Positions 42,876-57,450 of a DNA stretch of 64,000 nt are shown one piece after another. Each line of letters begins with the position of its first letter. The stretch's first letter is position 1. The stretch comes from an uncultured Akkermansia sp. (lineage in GTDB: Bacteria > Verrucomicrobiota > Kiritimatiellia > RFP12 > JAAYNR01), in NCBI GenBank assembly GCA_964580075.1, contig CAZOJL010000004.1, positions 262 through 64,261 on the forward strand, given 5' to 3'. The notes under the pieces were generated by a model. The model had not been told where the DNA came from. It saw only the letters and a program-made list of their open reading frames with translations, and searched no databases. The position numbers and the translations under genes are program-made.

Positions 42876-44723
42876 ATGGCGCAACAATCGAATGGGGGCG
42901 CGGACGCAGACGCGTGTAAGCCGCGGATGGACGTGCATGAATATCACTGGCGGGACATTCGCCAGCGTTTCCGTCCGTTCATGAAACGGTATCGCAGCCG
43001 ACTGCTGGGCGCAATGGCGATGGTGGCGGTGGTCGGCATCACCGTGGCGGTGATGCCGCTTTTCCCGAAATACATCATCGATGTCGCCATTCCCGAGAAC
43101 CGGATCGACAAAGCCGTCGTCGCCGGGGGGATCTTTCTGTTGGCCATGTGTGTGCGCATGGGGCTGTGGTTTGCGGCGATGCGGCACATCTACTATGTCG
43201 AGCAGTCCATCGTCCGCGAGTTGCGCAAGATCAGCTTTCTCCACTTGCAGCACCTGTCCCTGAATTTCCACAACCAGTATCCCAGCGGCTTTCTGTATGA
43301 ACGGGTCTTCGGAAATTCGATCAACGTGCTGGGCGGATTTCTACGAACGATCTTTCAGCAGTTGGCGACCTATGTGGTGGGGCTCTTTTTCAGTCTGGTT
43401 TTTTGCTTCTACCTCAGCCCCCGTCTGACGCTGGTGATCGTGTTCGGCGCCATCGGCTATATCGCCGCCGCGCACAAGCTCTCCCGGACGATTTATCAGA
43501 AGACGCGCGCGGCCAACGAGGCCGGCACGCACGTGGTCGAGATCATCATGGACAAGTTGCGCGGGGTGAAGACCGTCCAGGCCTCTGCCATGGAGCAGGT
43601 GATGCAGCAGGAGTTCGAAGGCCAGTTGTGGCCGACCATGCGCAAGTGGATGGATGCCGTGCTGGCCGGCATGAAGCTGAGTTTCGTGACCGAAGGGTTG
43701 AGCTATCTGATCACGGCGGTCGTGATCGTGGGCGGCGCGGTGCTGGTGATTCATGGCGGTGGAGCCATCGGGATCGGCACGCTCGTGGCCTTCATGGGGT
43801 ACCAGGGAACCCTGATCGGAATGATGCAGACGCTGACGAACCTGTACGGTCAGTTCATGTCGGCCAAGTCCGCTTTCGACCAGCTTTATACGGTGCTCGA
43901 CACGATGCCCGCCGTGTCCGATACGCCGCACGCGCAGATGCCGGCGGCGCTGCGTGGCGATCTGGCTTTCGAGCATGTTGGGTTCGCCTACGAAAACGGC
44001 AAACAGGTCCTCCATGACGTGTGCGTTCGCGTCCCCTACGGTCAGTCAGTGGCGCTGGTCGGACGCAGTGGAAGCGGTAAAACGACGATGGTTAATCTAC
44101 TGATGCGCTTCCACGACCCCCAATCCGGATGCATCACCCTCGACGGCAGTAACATCCGGGCTCTCCCGTTGCGACCGTACCGGTCGCAGTACGGCGTGGT
44201 GCTGCAAGATCCCTACCTGTTCGACACGACCATCGCCGCGAACTTGCGCTATGCGGCGCCCGGCGCGACCGACGCGGAGATCCGGGAGGTGCTCTCGCGG
44301 GCGCGGGCGTGGGATTTTGTAAGCGAATTTCCCGAGGGCATCAACCAGGCGGTGGGCGAGGCGGGCGGGCAGATCTCGGGTGGCCAGCGGCAGCGTCTGG
44401 CCATCGCGCGCTGCATGATCATGAACCGGCGATTCGTCTTGCTTGACGAGGCCACCTCGGCGCTCGATGTCGAGGCGGAGGGCCAGGTTCAGGAATCGAT
44501 GAATGCGCTCTTCGCGGGCCGGACGGTCTTTGTGATCGCCCACCGCCTCTCCACGATCCGCCGCGTAGACCGGATCCTGGTCATGGATCATGGGCGCGTG
44601 GTGGAGGATGGGTCGTTCGAGTCACTGCTGGCACAACCGGGATTGTTTCACCGGCTTTATACCCTGGCGACCTCGCACAACCGGAAAGATCTCGATCTGG
44701 ATGCCCCGACAAGCGTGATCTAA
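42876..44723 (+). CDS. ABC transporter, fused permease and ATPase (type I exporter, MsbA-like)
   Basis: Six N-terminal TM helices, Walker A GRSGSGKTT, signature LSGGQRQRLAIARC, Walker B LLDEATSALD. Confidence 0.8.
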   Translation: MAQQSNGGADADACKPRMDVHEYHWRDIRQRFRPFMKRYRSRLLGAMAMVAVVGITVAVMPLFPKYIIDVAIPENRIDKAVVAGGIFLLAMCVRMGLWFAAMRHIYYVEQSIVRELRKISFLHLQHLSLNFHNQYPSGFLYERVFGNSINVLGGFLRTIFQQLATYVVGLFFSLVFCFYLSPRLTLVIVFGAIGYIAAAHKLSRTIYQKTRAANEAGTHVVEIIMDKLRGVKTVQASAMEQVMQQEFEGQLWPTMRKWMDAVLAGMKLSFVTEGLSYLITAVVIVGGAVLVIHGGGAIGIGTLVAFMGYQGTLIGMMQTLTNLYGQFMSAKSAFDQLYTVLDTMPAVSDTPHAQMPAALRGDLAFEHVGFAYENGKQVLHDVCVRVPYGQSVALVGRSGSGKTTMVNLLMRFHDPQSGCITLDGSNIRALPLRPYRSQYGVVLQDPYLFDTTIAANLRYAAPGATDAEIREVLSRARAWDFVSEFPEGINQAVGEAGGQISGGQRQRLAIARCMIMNRRFVLLDEATSALDVEAEGQVQESMNALFAGRTVFVIAHRLSTIRRVDRILVMDHGRVVEDGSFESLLAQPGLFHRLYTLATSHNRKDLDLDAPTSVI

Positions 44724-44762
44724 ACGTCACCGGATAGCGCCCGGCGATACAGCGCCACGGAA

Positions 44763-46758
<1,996 letters not shown>

Positions 46759-46772
<14 letters not shown>

Positions 46773-46821
46773 GTGTGGCTGTGTGTGAGTGTGGCTGTGT
46801 GTGAGTGTGTGGGTGTGTGTC
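46759..46821. repeat. GT-rich tandem repeat (about 17-bp unit gtgtgtgagtgtggct, 3 units) overlapping the uvrB stop
   Basis: gtgagtgtgtgtgagtgtggctgtgtgtgagtgtggctgtgtgtgagtgtgtgggtgtgtgtca. Confidence 0.6.
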
Positions 46822-46837
46822 ACGACGAGCGGGGGGC

Positions 46838-47986
46838 TTACTTCGCCCATGAAAATGCGCGCGCCGCCTCGATGACCCGATCGTACGCATCCGGCTCGAT
46901 ATTGGAAGGCAGCGGGCTTCCGGTGCAAAGAATGAAGGGCGCCCCCGGCCCGGACTGCCGAATTTGCCGCTCGACTTCCCGTTTGATTGCATCCGGCTGA
47001 TTCCGCATCAGCAGCAATTCGGAATCGAGATTTCCGAAAAGACAGCGGTTTGGACCAAAGACGTGCCGGACTTTCTGAACCGTGAGGTCTATGCCTTTCC
47101 GAGGCTGTTCAAAAGCAAAAGCGTCCACGGGAACAGTGGCCTGCTGTTTCAGCACCGGCAGAATATCCCCTTCGTTCCAGAGGATTGTTTTAAGACCGGC
47201 CGCCCGGGCTGCGGCCACAATCGACACCTGACACGGCAACGCGAAGCGTTCGAACAGTTCCGGCGAGATGATGTCGCATGAAGCCCATCCATCAGCGATG
47301 AACACCGCCTCTGCCCCGGCTTCCTTCAGTTGCCGCATCCGGGTGTTGTGATCGGCACCCATCAGGGCACAGACATACGTGAACAACGCGGGGTTTTCCA
47401 TCATCATGAGCATGGATTCTTCGAAGCCGAGAGCATAGCAACTATAGACATACGCCGGCGAATAGTGCGGAAGTATCAGCGTACGATCGCCGGCCTCGCG
47501 GATCAGCCTGGTCAGACCGGACAAATAGGCATCCCCCCAGCCGGCAAAGGTTGGGATCAACCGGTCGGTTCGAAAGGTTGGGATCAGCCGGTCGGCATCC
47601 GCAAAGGTTTCGACACGGCCAACCGATCCGCACCCCTTCGCCCCGGTCTGCAGTTCGTACAAAGAAAGGCTGTCTTTGGTTAACCCGAAAACCATGCCGG
47701 TGTTGTCATTTCTGATGACCCATTTCGTCGCGTCTTCATCCAGCAATGTCGGTTCCAGCGGGCCCTCGATCGCTCCGGTATAGAAGATCACGTCCACCGC
47801 ATGCCGATCCAGCAAAGCCCGATGCGCCTTGTGCCACGTATCACTCCCGCCGACCGCGAGCTGCCAAGGTTCAATACCCGCCACTTTCCAGGTGTAATCG
47901 AATTCCCAGTTGAACAACGCGACCGGTACCCGATCCGTCGCGACACCCGATAGCGCCTGCAGCGCAATCTGTTTTCCATTTTCCAT
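46838..47986 (-). CDS. uroporphyrinogen-decarboxylase (URO-D/MtaA-like) family protein, second paralog, intact
   Basis: 382 aa; C-terminal GAPFILCTGSPLPSNIEPDAYDRVIEAAR typical of the URO-D/methyltransferase family. It contains an in-frame 27-bp tandem duplication (47546-47599; DRLIPTF-RT-DRLIPTF). Confidence 0.6.
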   Translation of the reverse strand: MENGKQIALQALSGVATDRVPVALFNWEFDYTWKVAGIEPWQLAVGGSDTWHKAHRALLDRHAVDVIFYTGAIEGPLEPTLLDEDATKWVIRNDNTGMVFGLTKDSLSLYELQTGAKGCGSVGRVETFADADRLIPTFRTDRLIPTFAGWGDAYLSGLTRLIREAGDRTLILPHYSPAYVYSCYALGFEESMLMMMENPALFTYVCALMGADHNTRMRQLKEAGAEAVFIADGWASCDIISPELFERFALPCQVSIVAAARAAGLKTILWNEGDILPVLKQQATVPVDAFAFEQPRKGIDLTVQKVRHVFGPNRCLFGNLDSELLLMRNQPDAIKREVERQIRQSGPGAPFILCTGSPLPSNIEPDAYDRVIEAARAFSWAK

Positions 47987-48280
47987 ATCAGTACAACGGG
48001 ACCTTCTGCGGAACCGTCTCCTTTTGTGAATTTAGTGTGGCAGAAACGGGAATCCGTGTCAATTTTCCAAGCATTTCTAATTTTGTCCTGATCATCGCGG
48101 TACTGGTGTTGCTGTTCGTCCGGCCCAAAGCCGCTGGATGATGTGTTTCTGTGTTGATCTTGACGTTTCCACCGGCTTCTGTCACGCTTCACACCATGAA
48201 TTCGCTATGCAAGACCGGTCCGGCATGATTACTGGCTCTGTGGGCCGGTGTCGGACGAAAAGCGATTTCTTATCACTTAT

Positions 48281-50632
48281 ATGAAAAAACACTCATTTGA
48301 CAACGATTGGCTTTTCGACTTAGGCGATGTGGGTCAGGCCGCGAAAGCCTACGAGGACGCGTCCTGGCGCAAGCTGGATCTGCCGCACGACTGGAGCATC
48401 GAACTGCCGCGCAGCAAGGACAACCCCAGCGGGGCGTCAGGCGGGTACGTGAGCGAAGGTGTGGGTTGGTATCGGAAGCATTTTCACGCGCCGCGCGAGT
48501 GGAGCGGTCAATGCGTGATGATCGAGCTCGAGGGTGTGTACCGCGATGCGGAGGTCTGGCTGAACGGCTATGCGCTCGGCGTGCACCCCTACGGCTACAC
48601 CACCTTCGCGCTGGACCTGACACCGTACCTGGAACTTGATGCAGAGAACGTCCTGGCGGTGCGCGTGAGCAACGCGCCGCACGGGCACACGCGCTGGTAT
48701 TCCGGATCAGGCATCTATCGGCACGTCTGGCTGCTGACCGCGCCTCGCGTTCATGTGGCACACCGGGGCCTGGTGGTCACGACGCCTGAAGTCGCCGTCA
48801 AGGCGGCGGTCGTAGAGGTGCGCACGACGGTGGAGAACCGGACGGACGCGGACCGTGCGGTGGTGGTGCGATGGCGGGCCATCGGACCGTCGGGGAAGAC
48901 GATAGCCAAGGGCGAGAGTCGTGGAAAGGTCCAGGCGGCGGCGACCACGGAATTCCTGCAACGGCTGGCCGTGCGTGCGCCCACGCTCTGGTCGCCCGAT
49001 ACGCCCCAACTCTACCGGATGGAGACGGAGGTACGTGACGGCCGGAACCGGCTCGATGGTGATTCGACGACCTTCGGCATCCGCTCGATCGCCTTCAATG
49101 CCGAGCAGGGGTTCGTGCTGAACGGGCAGCCGCTGAAAATGCGCGGTGGTTGCGTGCACCACGATTGCGGGCCTCTCGGCGCCGTATCGATCGACCGGGC
49201 CGAGGAGCGCAAGGTCGAACTGCTCAAGGCCAGCGGCTTCAACGCCGTGCGTTGCGCGCACAATCCGCCGGCCTCCGCCTTCCTCGACGCCTGTGATCGA
49301 CTGGGTATGCTCGTGATGGACGAGGTCTTCGACGGTTGGCGCATGAACAAAGAGCGGAATTTCCACGACTACCACCGCTTCTTCGACATGTGGTGGCAGG
49401 AAGATCTGGACAGCATGGTCCTGCGCGACCGTAATCACCCGTCGATCGTGGTCTGGAGCATCGGTAACGAGGTGGAGGAACGCAGCCTGCCGGAAGGCGC
49501 CGCCATTGCGGCCAAGCTCGCCGCCCGTGTGCGTGAGCTGGACCCGACGCGGCCGGTCACAGCCGGGATCTGTGCCATCTGGGGCGACCCCGCCTGGAAT
49601 AAAACGGATGCGCTGTTCGCGCATCTCGATGTCTGCGGCTACAACTACCTCGTCGATGTGTACCGCCCGGATCATCAGCGGTTCCCGAAGCGTGTCATCC
49701 TGTCGACGGAATCCTTTCCGTCGCCGCAGTACGTCTTCGATTACTGGAAGGCGGTCGAGGATTTGCCGTGGGTGGCCGGTGATTTCGTCTGGACGGCGCT
49801 CGACTACCTCGGCGAGGCGGGAATCGGACACGACTTTCTGGAAGGCGATCAGTTGCCCTTGAAAATCGGCTGGCCCTACACGGTCGCCAACTGCGGCGAT
49901 ATCGACATCTGCGGCGGCAAGCGCCCGCAGTCCTACTACCGGGACGTGCTCTGGAAACGCATGGAGACGCCCTATATCGGCGTGCGTGCGCCGGTGGCCG
50001 AGGGCCGCAAGGCCGTGGCCTCCATGTGGGGCTGGGTTGACTTGCAGACAAGCTGGAACTGGCCGGGGTGCGAGGGGAAGCCGTTGGCGGTGGAGGTCTA
50101 CTTCGACTGCGACGAGATCGAGCTGTTCCTCAACGGCCGGTCGATCGGCAAGGCGCCGGCCGGTCTGGAGGCGAAGCACCGGGCGCTCTTCAACGTGGCG
50201 TTCGAACCCGGCGAACTGAAGGCCGTGGCCAAACGCGCCGGCAAACCGGTGGCGAAGGCTGCGCTGACCACGGCAGGTGCTCCCCACGCCATACGGCTGA
50301 AGGCGGACCGGTCCCGCATCCGGGCCGATCGCAACGACCTGGCGTACATCACGGTTGAGCTTTGCGACAGCAACGGGCACCTCGTGCCTGACTCCGCCGA
50401 TACGATCCGGTTCGCGCTCGATGGGCCTGGCGAGATCGTCGCCGTGGCCAATGCCGATCCTTACAACACGGCGCCGTTCCGCGGTCGGGAGCACCGCCTG
50501 TGGCGGGGGCGCGGCCTGGTCGTCCTGCGTCCGAAGGGCCCGGTCGGGGACATGGTGCTGCATGCCATTGCGGATGGGGTGCAGCCCGGCAAGGTTGCAG
50601 TGTCCACGTCCGACACGAGGGCATCCCTTTGA
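48281..50632 (+). CDS. glycoside hydrolase family 2 (beta-glucuronidase/beta-galactosidase-like)
   Basis: DLPHDWSIE in the sugar-binding domain; NAVRCAHNPP and WSIGNEV in the TIM barrel. Start at MKKHSF. No signal peptide. Confidence 0.75.
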   Translation: MKKHSFDNDWLFDLGDVGQAAKAYEDASWRKLDLPHDWSIELPRSKDNPSGASGGYVSEGVGWYRKHFHAPREWSGQCVMIELEGVYRDAEVWLNGYALGVHPYGYTTFALDLTPYLELDAENVLAVRVSNAPHGHTRWYSGSGIYRHVWLLTAPRVHVAHRGLVVTTPEVAVKAAVVEVRTTVENRTDADRAVVVRWRAIGPSGKTIAKGESRGKVQAAATTEFLQRLAVRAPTLWSPDTPQLYRMETEVRDGRNRLDGDSTTFGIRSIAFNAEQGFVLNGQPLKMRGGCVHHDCGPLGAVSIDRAEERKVELLKASGFNAVRCAHNPPASAFLDACDRLGMLVMDEVFDGWRMNKERNFHDYHRFFDMWWQEDLDSMVLRDRNHPSIVVWSIGNEVEERSLPEGAAIAAKLAARVRELDPTRPVTAGICAIWGDPAWNKTDALFAHLDVCGYNYLVDVYRPDHQRFPKRVILSTESFPSPQYVFDYWKAVEDLPWVAGDFVWTALDYLGEAGIGHDFLEGDQLPLKIGWPYTVANCGDIDICGGKRPQSYYRDVLWKRMETPYIGVRAPVAEGRKAVASMWGWVDLQTSWNWPGCEGKPLAVEVYFDCDEIELFLNGRSIGKAPAGLEAKHRALFNVAFEPGELKAVAKRAGKPVAKAALTTAGAPHAIRLKADRSRIRADRNDLAYITVELCDSNGHLVPDSADTIRFALDGPGEIVAVANADPYNTAPFRGREHRLWRGRGLVVLRPKGPVGDMVLHAIADGVQPGKVAVSTSDTRASL

Positions 50633-50674
50633 TGGGACACCCCGCGGTCGGTCCGGTTACACTTACCACGTTAC

Positions 50675-51595
50675 TCAGCTTCCTTTCTTGACGGGCACAT
50701 GCGTGGCGGCGGCGACCGCCGCCTCCCATGCAGCGACAGTGACGGCCTCGGGGAAGGCGGAGTCGTCCATGGGAGCGGGCTTGCCGATGCGCTCGCTCTT
50801 CGACTGGCCGAGCGGATGGTACGGCATGAGGTTGACCTCGAGAATATGGTGAAGTCGGTTCGCCAAGGCTGCGATCCCGGCAAAATGGTCATCCCTGGCG
50901 TTGAGCCCGGGGATGATCGGGCAGCGCAAGATGGTCTTCGCCCCGAGCTGGTCGAGGCGGATCAGGTTGTCGACGATGACCTCCCGCAGCGCACCGGTAT
51001 ACTCCTGATGACGGGCGGGATCGGTCTCTTTGTAATCGTAGAGGAAGAGATCGACCAGGGGCATGATCTGTTCCAGCCGGTCGAATGGGGCAAAGCCGGA
51101 GGTCTCGATGCAGGTGTGGAGTCTGCGCCGCTTGGCCTCCTGGAGCAAGGCAAGGGTGAATTCGAATTGGAAGAGCGGTTCACCGCCCGAGATGGTCATG
51201 CCGCCGCCCGAGGTCTCATAAAATGGCTTGTCCTTCTCGACCTCCGCGATCACTTCCGCGACGGTCATCTCCCGTCCGATGAGTTCGAGGGCCTTGGCGT
51301 AGCACTTCTCGGTGCAGACGCCGCAGCGCTGGCAAAGCTCCCGGCGGAAGGTGCGGTTCCCGTCCTCGCCCATGACGTGTCCGCCATGCGGACAGGCCTG
51401 GAAGCAGTGTCCGCAGCCGATGCACTTGGAGGGGATGAGCGAGATTTCGGCGGCTCTTTCCTGCGACTCCGGGTTGTGACACCAGAGGCAACGCAGGGGG
51501 CACCCCTTCAGGAAGACGGTCGTCCGTATGCCGGGTCCGTCGTGGATAGAGAACTTCTGGATGTCAAAGACGATGCCGTTCATGTCTATAATCAT
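50675..51595 (-). CDS. glycyl-radical enzyme activating enzyme (radical SAM)
   Basis: CPLRCLWCHNPES (CxxxCxxC) plus ferredoxin-like CIGCGHCFQACP ... CQRCGVCTEKC clusters. 306 aa. Its start overlaps the stop of the glycyl-radical enzyme gene by 4 bp. Confidence 0.8.
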   Translation of the reverse strand: MIIDMNGIVFDIQKFSIHDGPGIRTTVFLKGCPLRCLWCHNPESQERAAEISLIPSKCIGCGHCFQACPHGGHVMGEDGNRTFRRELCQRCGVCTEKCYAKALELIGREMTVAEVIAEVEKDKPFYETSGGGMTISGGEPLFQFEFTLALLQEAKRRRLHTCIETSGFAPFDRLEQIMPLVDLFLYDYKETDPARHQEYTGALREVIVDNLIRLDQLGAKTILRCPIIPGLNARDDHFAGIAALANRLHHILEVNLMPYHPLGQSKSERIGKPAPMDDSAFPEAVTVAAWEAAVAAATHVPVKKGS

Positions 51596-53940
51596 GACGT
51601 GTGCTTGGTGCGGGCGATGATGTGCTCCTGAAGATCGGGGGGAACCAGTTTGAACTTCTGGGAGAAGCCGGCGACACGCACCGGGATGTCCCCGTAGTGT
51701 TCCGGATCTCTTTGCGCCTGGCGGAGTTTATCGACCGTGACGATGTTGAACTGAAGCTGGCCGATGTCCATCGCCAGGGCCGCACGTATGAGCGTGGTCA
51801 AGCGTTCGACACCCGCCTCCCCCTCGACCACGGCCGGATCGAGCTCGATGATCGCCGCCGACGCCCCCGCCGCCCGGTCGTGTGGCAGGCGCGCGAGAGA
51901 CTTGAGCATGGCGGTGGCGCCGCGCTCGTCGCGCCCCTGTTGTGCCGACAACGAATAGGCAATGGGTTCTCCGGCCTTGCGACCGTCCGGGGTGGCGCCC
52001 AGGCATTTTCCGAAATGCAGGTTGCAGAGAAAGGAGAAGAGATGAACGAAGTAGCGGCCGCCGAGGGGGCTGCGCAGGGTGTCCATCAGGTCGATGAAAT
52101 GGTCGTCGACGCGTTTCGCGAGCAGGTCCACCTCCTCGGTGTCGTTGCCGTACTTCGGCGCGTCCCGCAGCAGTCTCTGCCGCAGCTCTTCCTTACCGGC
52201 GAAATCGGTTCGCAAGGCGTCCAGCAACTCAGCGGTGCCGAGCTGCTTCTCGTCGTAGACCAGCTTCTTGATCGCCATCAGGGAATCGGCGGTGTTGGCC
52301 GTGCCGAGGAGGCAGATGGAGTGGTAGTTGTAGACGGCGCCTCCGTCGGTAATGTCGCGCCCGCGGGCGATGCAATCGTCGGTCATGACCGACCAGCAGG
52401 GGAGGGGGCCGCGCTCACGCTGAAGCAGCTCGCCGCGGTTACAGTGATAGGCCATGCGCCTGGCGAAGAATTCGACCTGCGCCTGGTAGGCGTCGAAGAG
52501 GCTTTCGAACGTCGGATGGCTGCCGAGCGCGCCGGTCTTCGGCCCCAGTTGGACGCCGGTCCGCGGATCGGCGCCGTCGAACAAGGCCAGCTCGAGACAC
52601 TTGGCGGCGTTGAACCAGCCCGACACGGCGTGCGGGTTGGCCTTGCCGGGGATGGTCAACTCGATGCAGCCAATGGGGGCGTAGTTCCGTGCGTCCTCGA
52701 CGGCAATGCCACGGTCGGTCAAGGCCTTGATGAAGCAGGCGTCATTAAAGAGGAAGGGGATGCCGCCGCCCTCGACGATCAGTTCGGCGGCGAGACGGAG
52801 GAAGCGGGCCGGCGAGTTTTTGCTGACGCGGATGGAGACGTCGCGGATGAACCCCACGTTCCGGGTGGCCTCAAGGATAAGGTAACTCAAGTCGTTGACG
52901 GCGCAGTTGCCGTTCCGGTCCACGCCGCCCAGCGTGATGGCCTGCACGTCGTAATCGAGATAGAGCTTGCAGGCCAGTTCCTCCATCAGTTCGAGCGCCG
53001 CGGCCCGCGTGAGCGAGCCGTCCGCGAGACCGGCCTGGCAGTAGGGGAAGAGGATCTGGTCGAGGCGACCGATCGAGTTGGCGTTGATGTGGTCCTCGCC
53101 GCAGGTGAGAATGTGCGCGAACCACAGCGCCTGGACCGCCTCATGGAAGTTGCGGGCGCCGCGGGCCGGCACCTGCGCGCAGACTTCGGCCATCCGCTCC
53201 AGCCGTGCCTTGTCTTTCGCATCGGCCGTAGCGGCCGCCCGCTCCGCCGCCAGTTCCGCATAGCGCTTGCCAAGGAGGATGCCCGCCTCGCAGACGCTCC
53301 GCGCCCCACGCCAGAAGTTCTCTTTCCGCGGAAAATCGGGGTCAATCAGGTCGCCGGACGCCAGAGCCGCATCAATCTCCTCCAGGATTCCGGCGAAACC
53401 GATGCGTATGACTTTGGCAATGTCGCGAACGCTATGGTTTTCAACCCACCCAATGGACCAAAAGACGTCCATGCCTGTGGCTCCACCCCAGCCACCCTTG
53501 CCGGACTCGCTGCCTGGCGCGGGGATCCCGACGTCTACCCGGAACGACCCCCTCGGCACTGCGGTGTCGGCGTCACTATTCCAAGCCCCGGCGCAGCGCC
53601 GGACCTTCTCCGCCTCCGCCGCGTCGATCCCGAACTCGGCAAAACGCACGGCGTACGCGGGGTTGTTTGAAGCGCCCAACCCGGTCTCCCAACTAACCGA
53701 TGGCCGCAGGTGCTCGCCGGCCAAGGTCCAGTGCGGGCCGATGTCGACGGGCGCCAGAACAACCAGTTCGCGCAAGAACGCCGCCCGCCGCTGGACGCGC
53801 GATTGCTCCGCCGCGAACGACCGCCACAGGGCCACATCACACAGCAGCGGATTGGCATTTCCCACGAAAGCGCCCTGCCGTGCCATGGCATCGGCCCGCA
53901 GGGTGGCGATGCGCGTTGAGAGATGATCGGATGCGATCAT
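51592..53940 (-). CDS. glycyl radical enzyme, eliminase/dehydratase class (C-x-E active-site motif)
   Basis: 782 aa. C-terminal glycyl-radical motif IPVRVAGFSQKF; thiyl-radical loop APIGCIELT (Cys-x-Glu, as in choline TMA-lyase, glycerol/propanediol dehydratase, HypD and IslA, and unlike the CC of pyruvate formate-lyase). Confidence 0.75.
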   Translation of the reverse strand: MIASDHLSTRIATLRADAMARQGAFVGNANPLLCDVALWRSFAAEQSRVQRRAAFLRELVVLAPVDIGPHWTLAGEHLRPSVSWETGLGASNNPAYAVRFAEFGIDAAEAEKVRRCAGAWNSDADTAVPRGSFRVDVGIPAPGSESGKGGWGGATGMDVFWSIGWVENHSVRDIAKVIRIGFAGILEEIDAALASGDLIDPDFPRKENFWRGARSVCEAGILLGKRYAELAAERAAATADAKDKARLERMAEVCAQVPARGARNFHEAVQALWFAHILTCGEDHINANSIGRLDQILFPYCQAGLADGSLTRAAALELMEELACKLYLDYDVQAITLGGVDRNGNCAVNDLSYLILEATRNVGFIRDVSIRVSKNSPARFLRLAAELIVEGGGIPFLFNDACFIKALTDRGIAVEDARNYAPIGCIELTIPGKANPHAVSGWFNAAKCLELALFDGADPRTGVQLGPKTGALGSHPTFESLFDAYQAQVEFFARRMAYHCNRGELLQRERGPLPCWSVMTDDCIARGRDITDGGAVYNYHSICLLGTANTADSLMAIKKLVYDEKQLGTAELLDALRTDFAGKEELRQRLLRDAPKYGNDTEEVDLLAKRVDDHFIDLMDTLRSPLGGRYFVHLFSFLCNLHFGKCLGATPDGRKAGEPIAYSLSAQQGRDERGATAMLKSLARLPHDRAAGASAAIIELDPAVVEGEAGVERLTTLIRAALAMDIGQLQFNIVTVDKLRQAQRDPEHYGDIPVRVAGFSQKFKLVPPDLQEHIIARTKHTS

Positions 53941-54026
53941 AAGCTCTTATGCTCCTTTGCGAACGCGGGCTTCGCCCGCAACCCAAGTTTGTGCGTGTGT
54001 GGGTATGTGCGTATGTGCGACCCTTT

Positions 54027-57230
<3,204 letters not shown>

Positions 57231-57450
57231 TTAACAGATCAGGGGGAAGATGTCGCGGGGAAAGTCTTGTTGTAACAAAGTTCCGACACGCGCGTCAGAG
57301 GGATAAAGATGAAGGAAGTTGCCAATGCGGTCGTTCGATCCGCTCAGGTCTCCCAGTCGGAAATCCACCACGGCCAGTCGCGCTTCACAGGAGATCTTGC
57401 CGTTGGGCGTCTTCTGATGCGGCAGCGCTTGAACGGGGTCGTATTTGCGG

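Noticed and set aside
48707-50563. 618-aa minus ORF
   Set aside because: Antisense to the GH2 gene (DLPHDWS, WSIGNE on the + strand).
50699-53670. 310-aa and 689-aa + ORFs
   Set aside because: Antisense to the glycyl-radical enzyme activase and the glycyl-radical enzyme itself.
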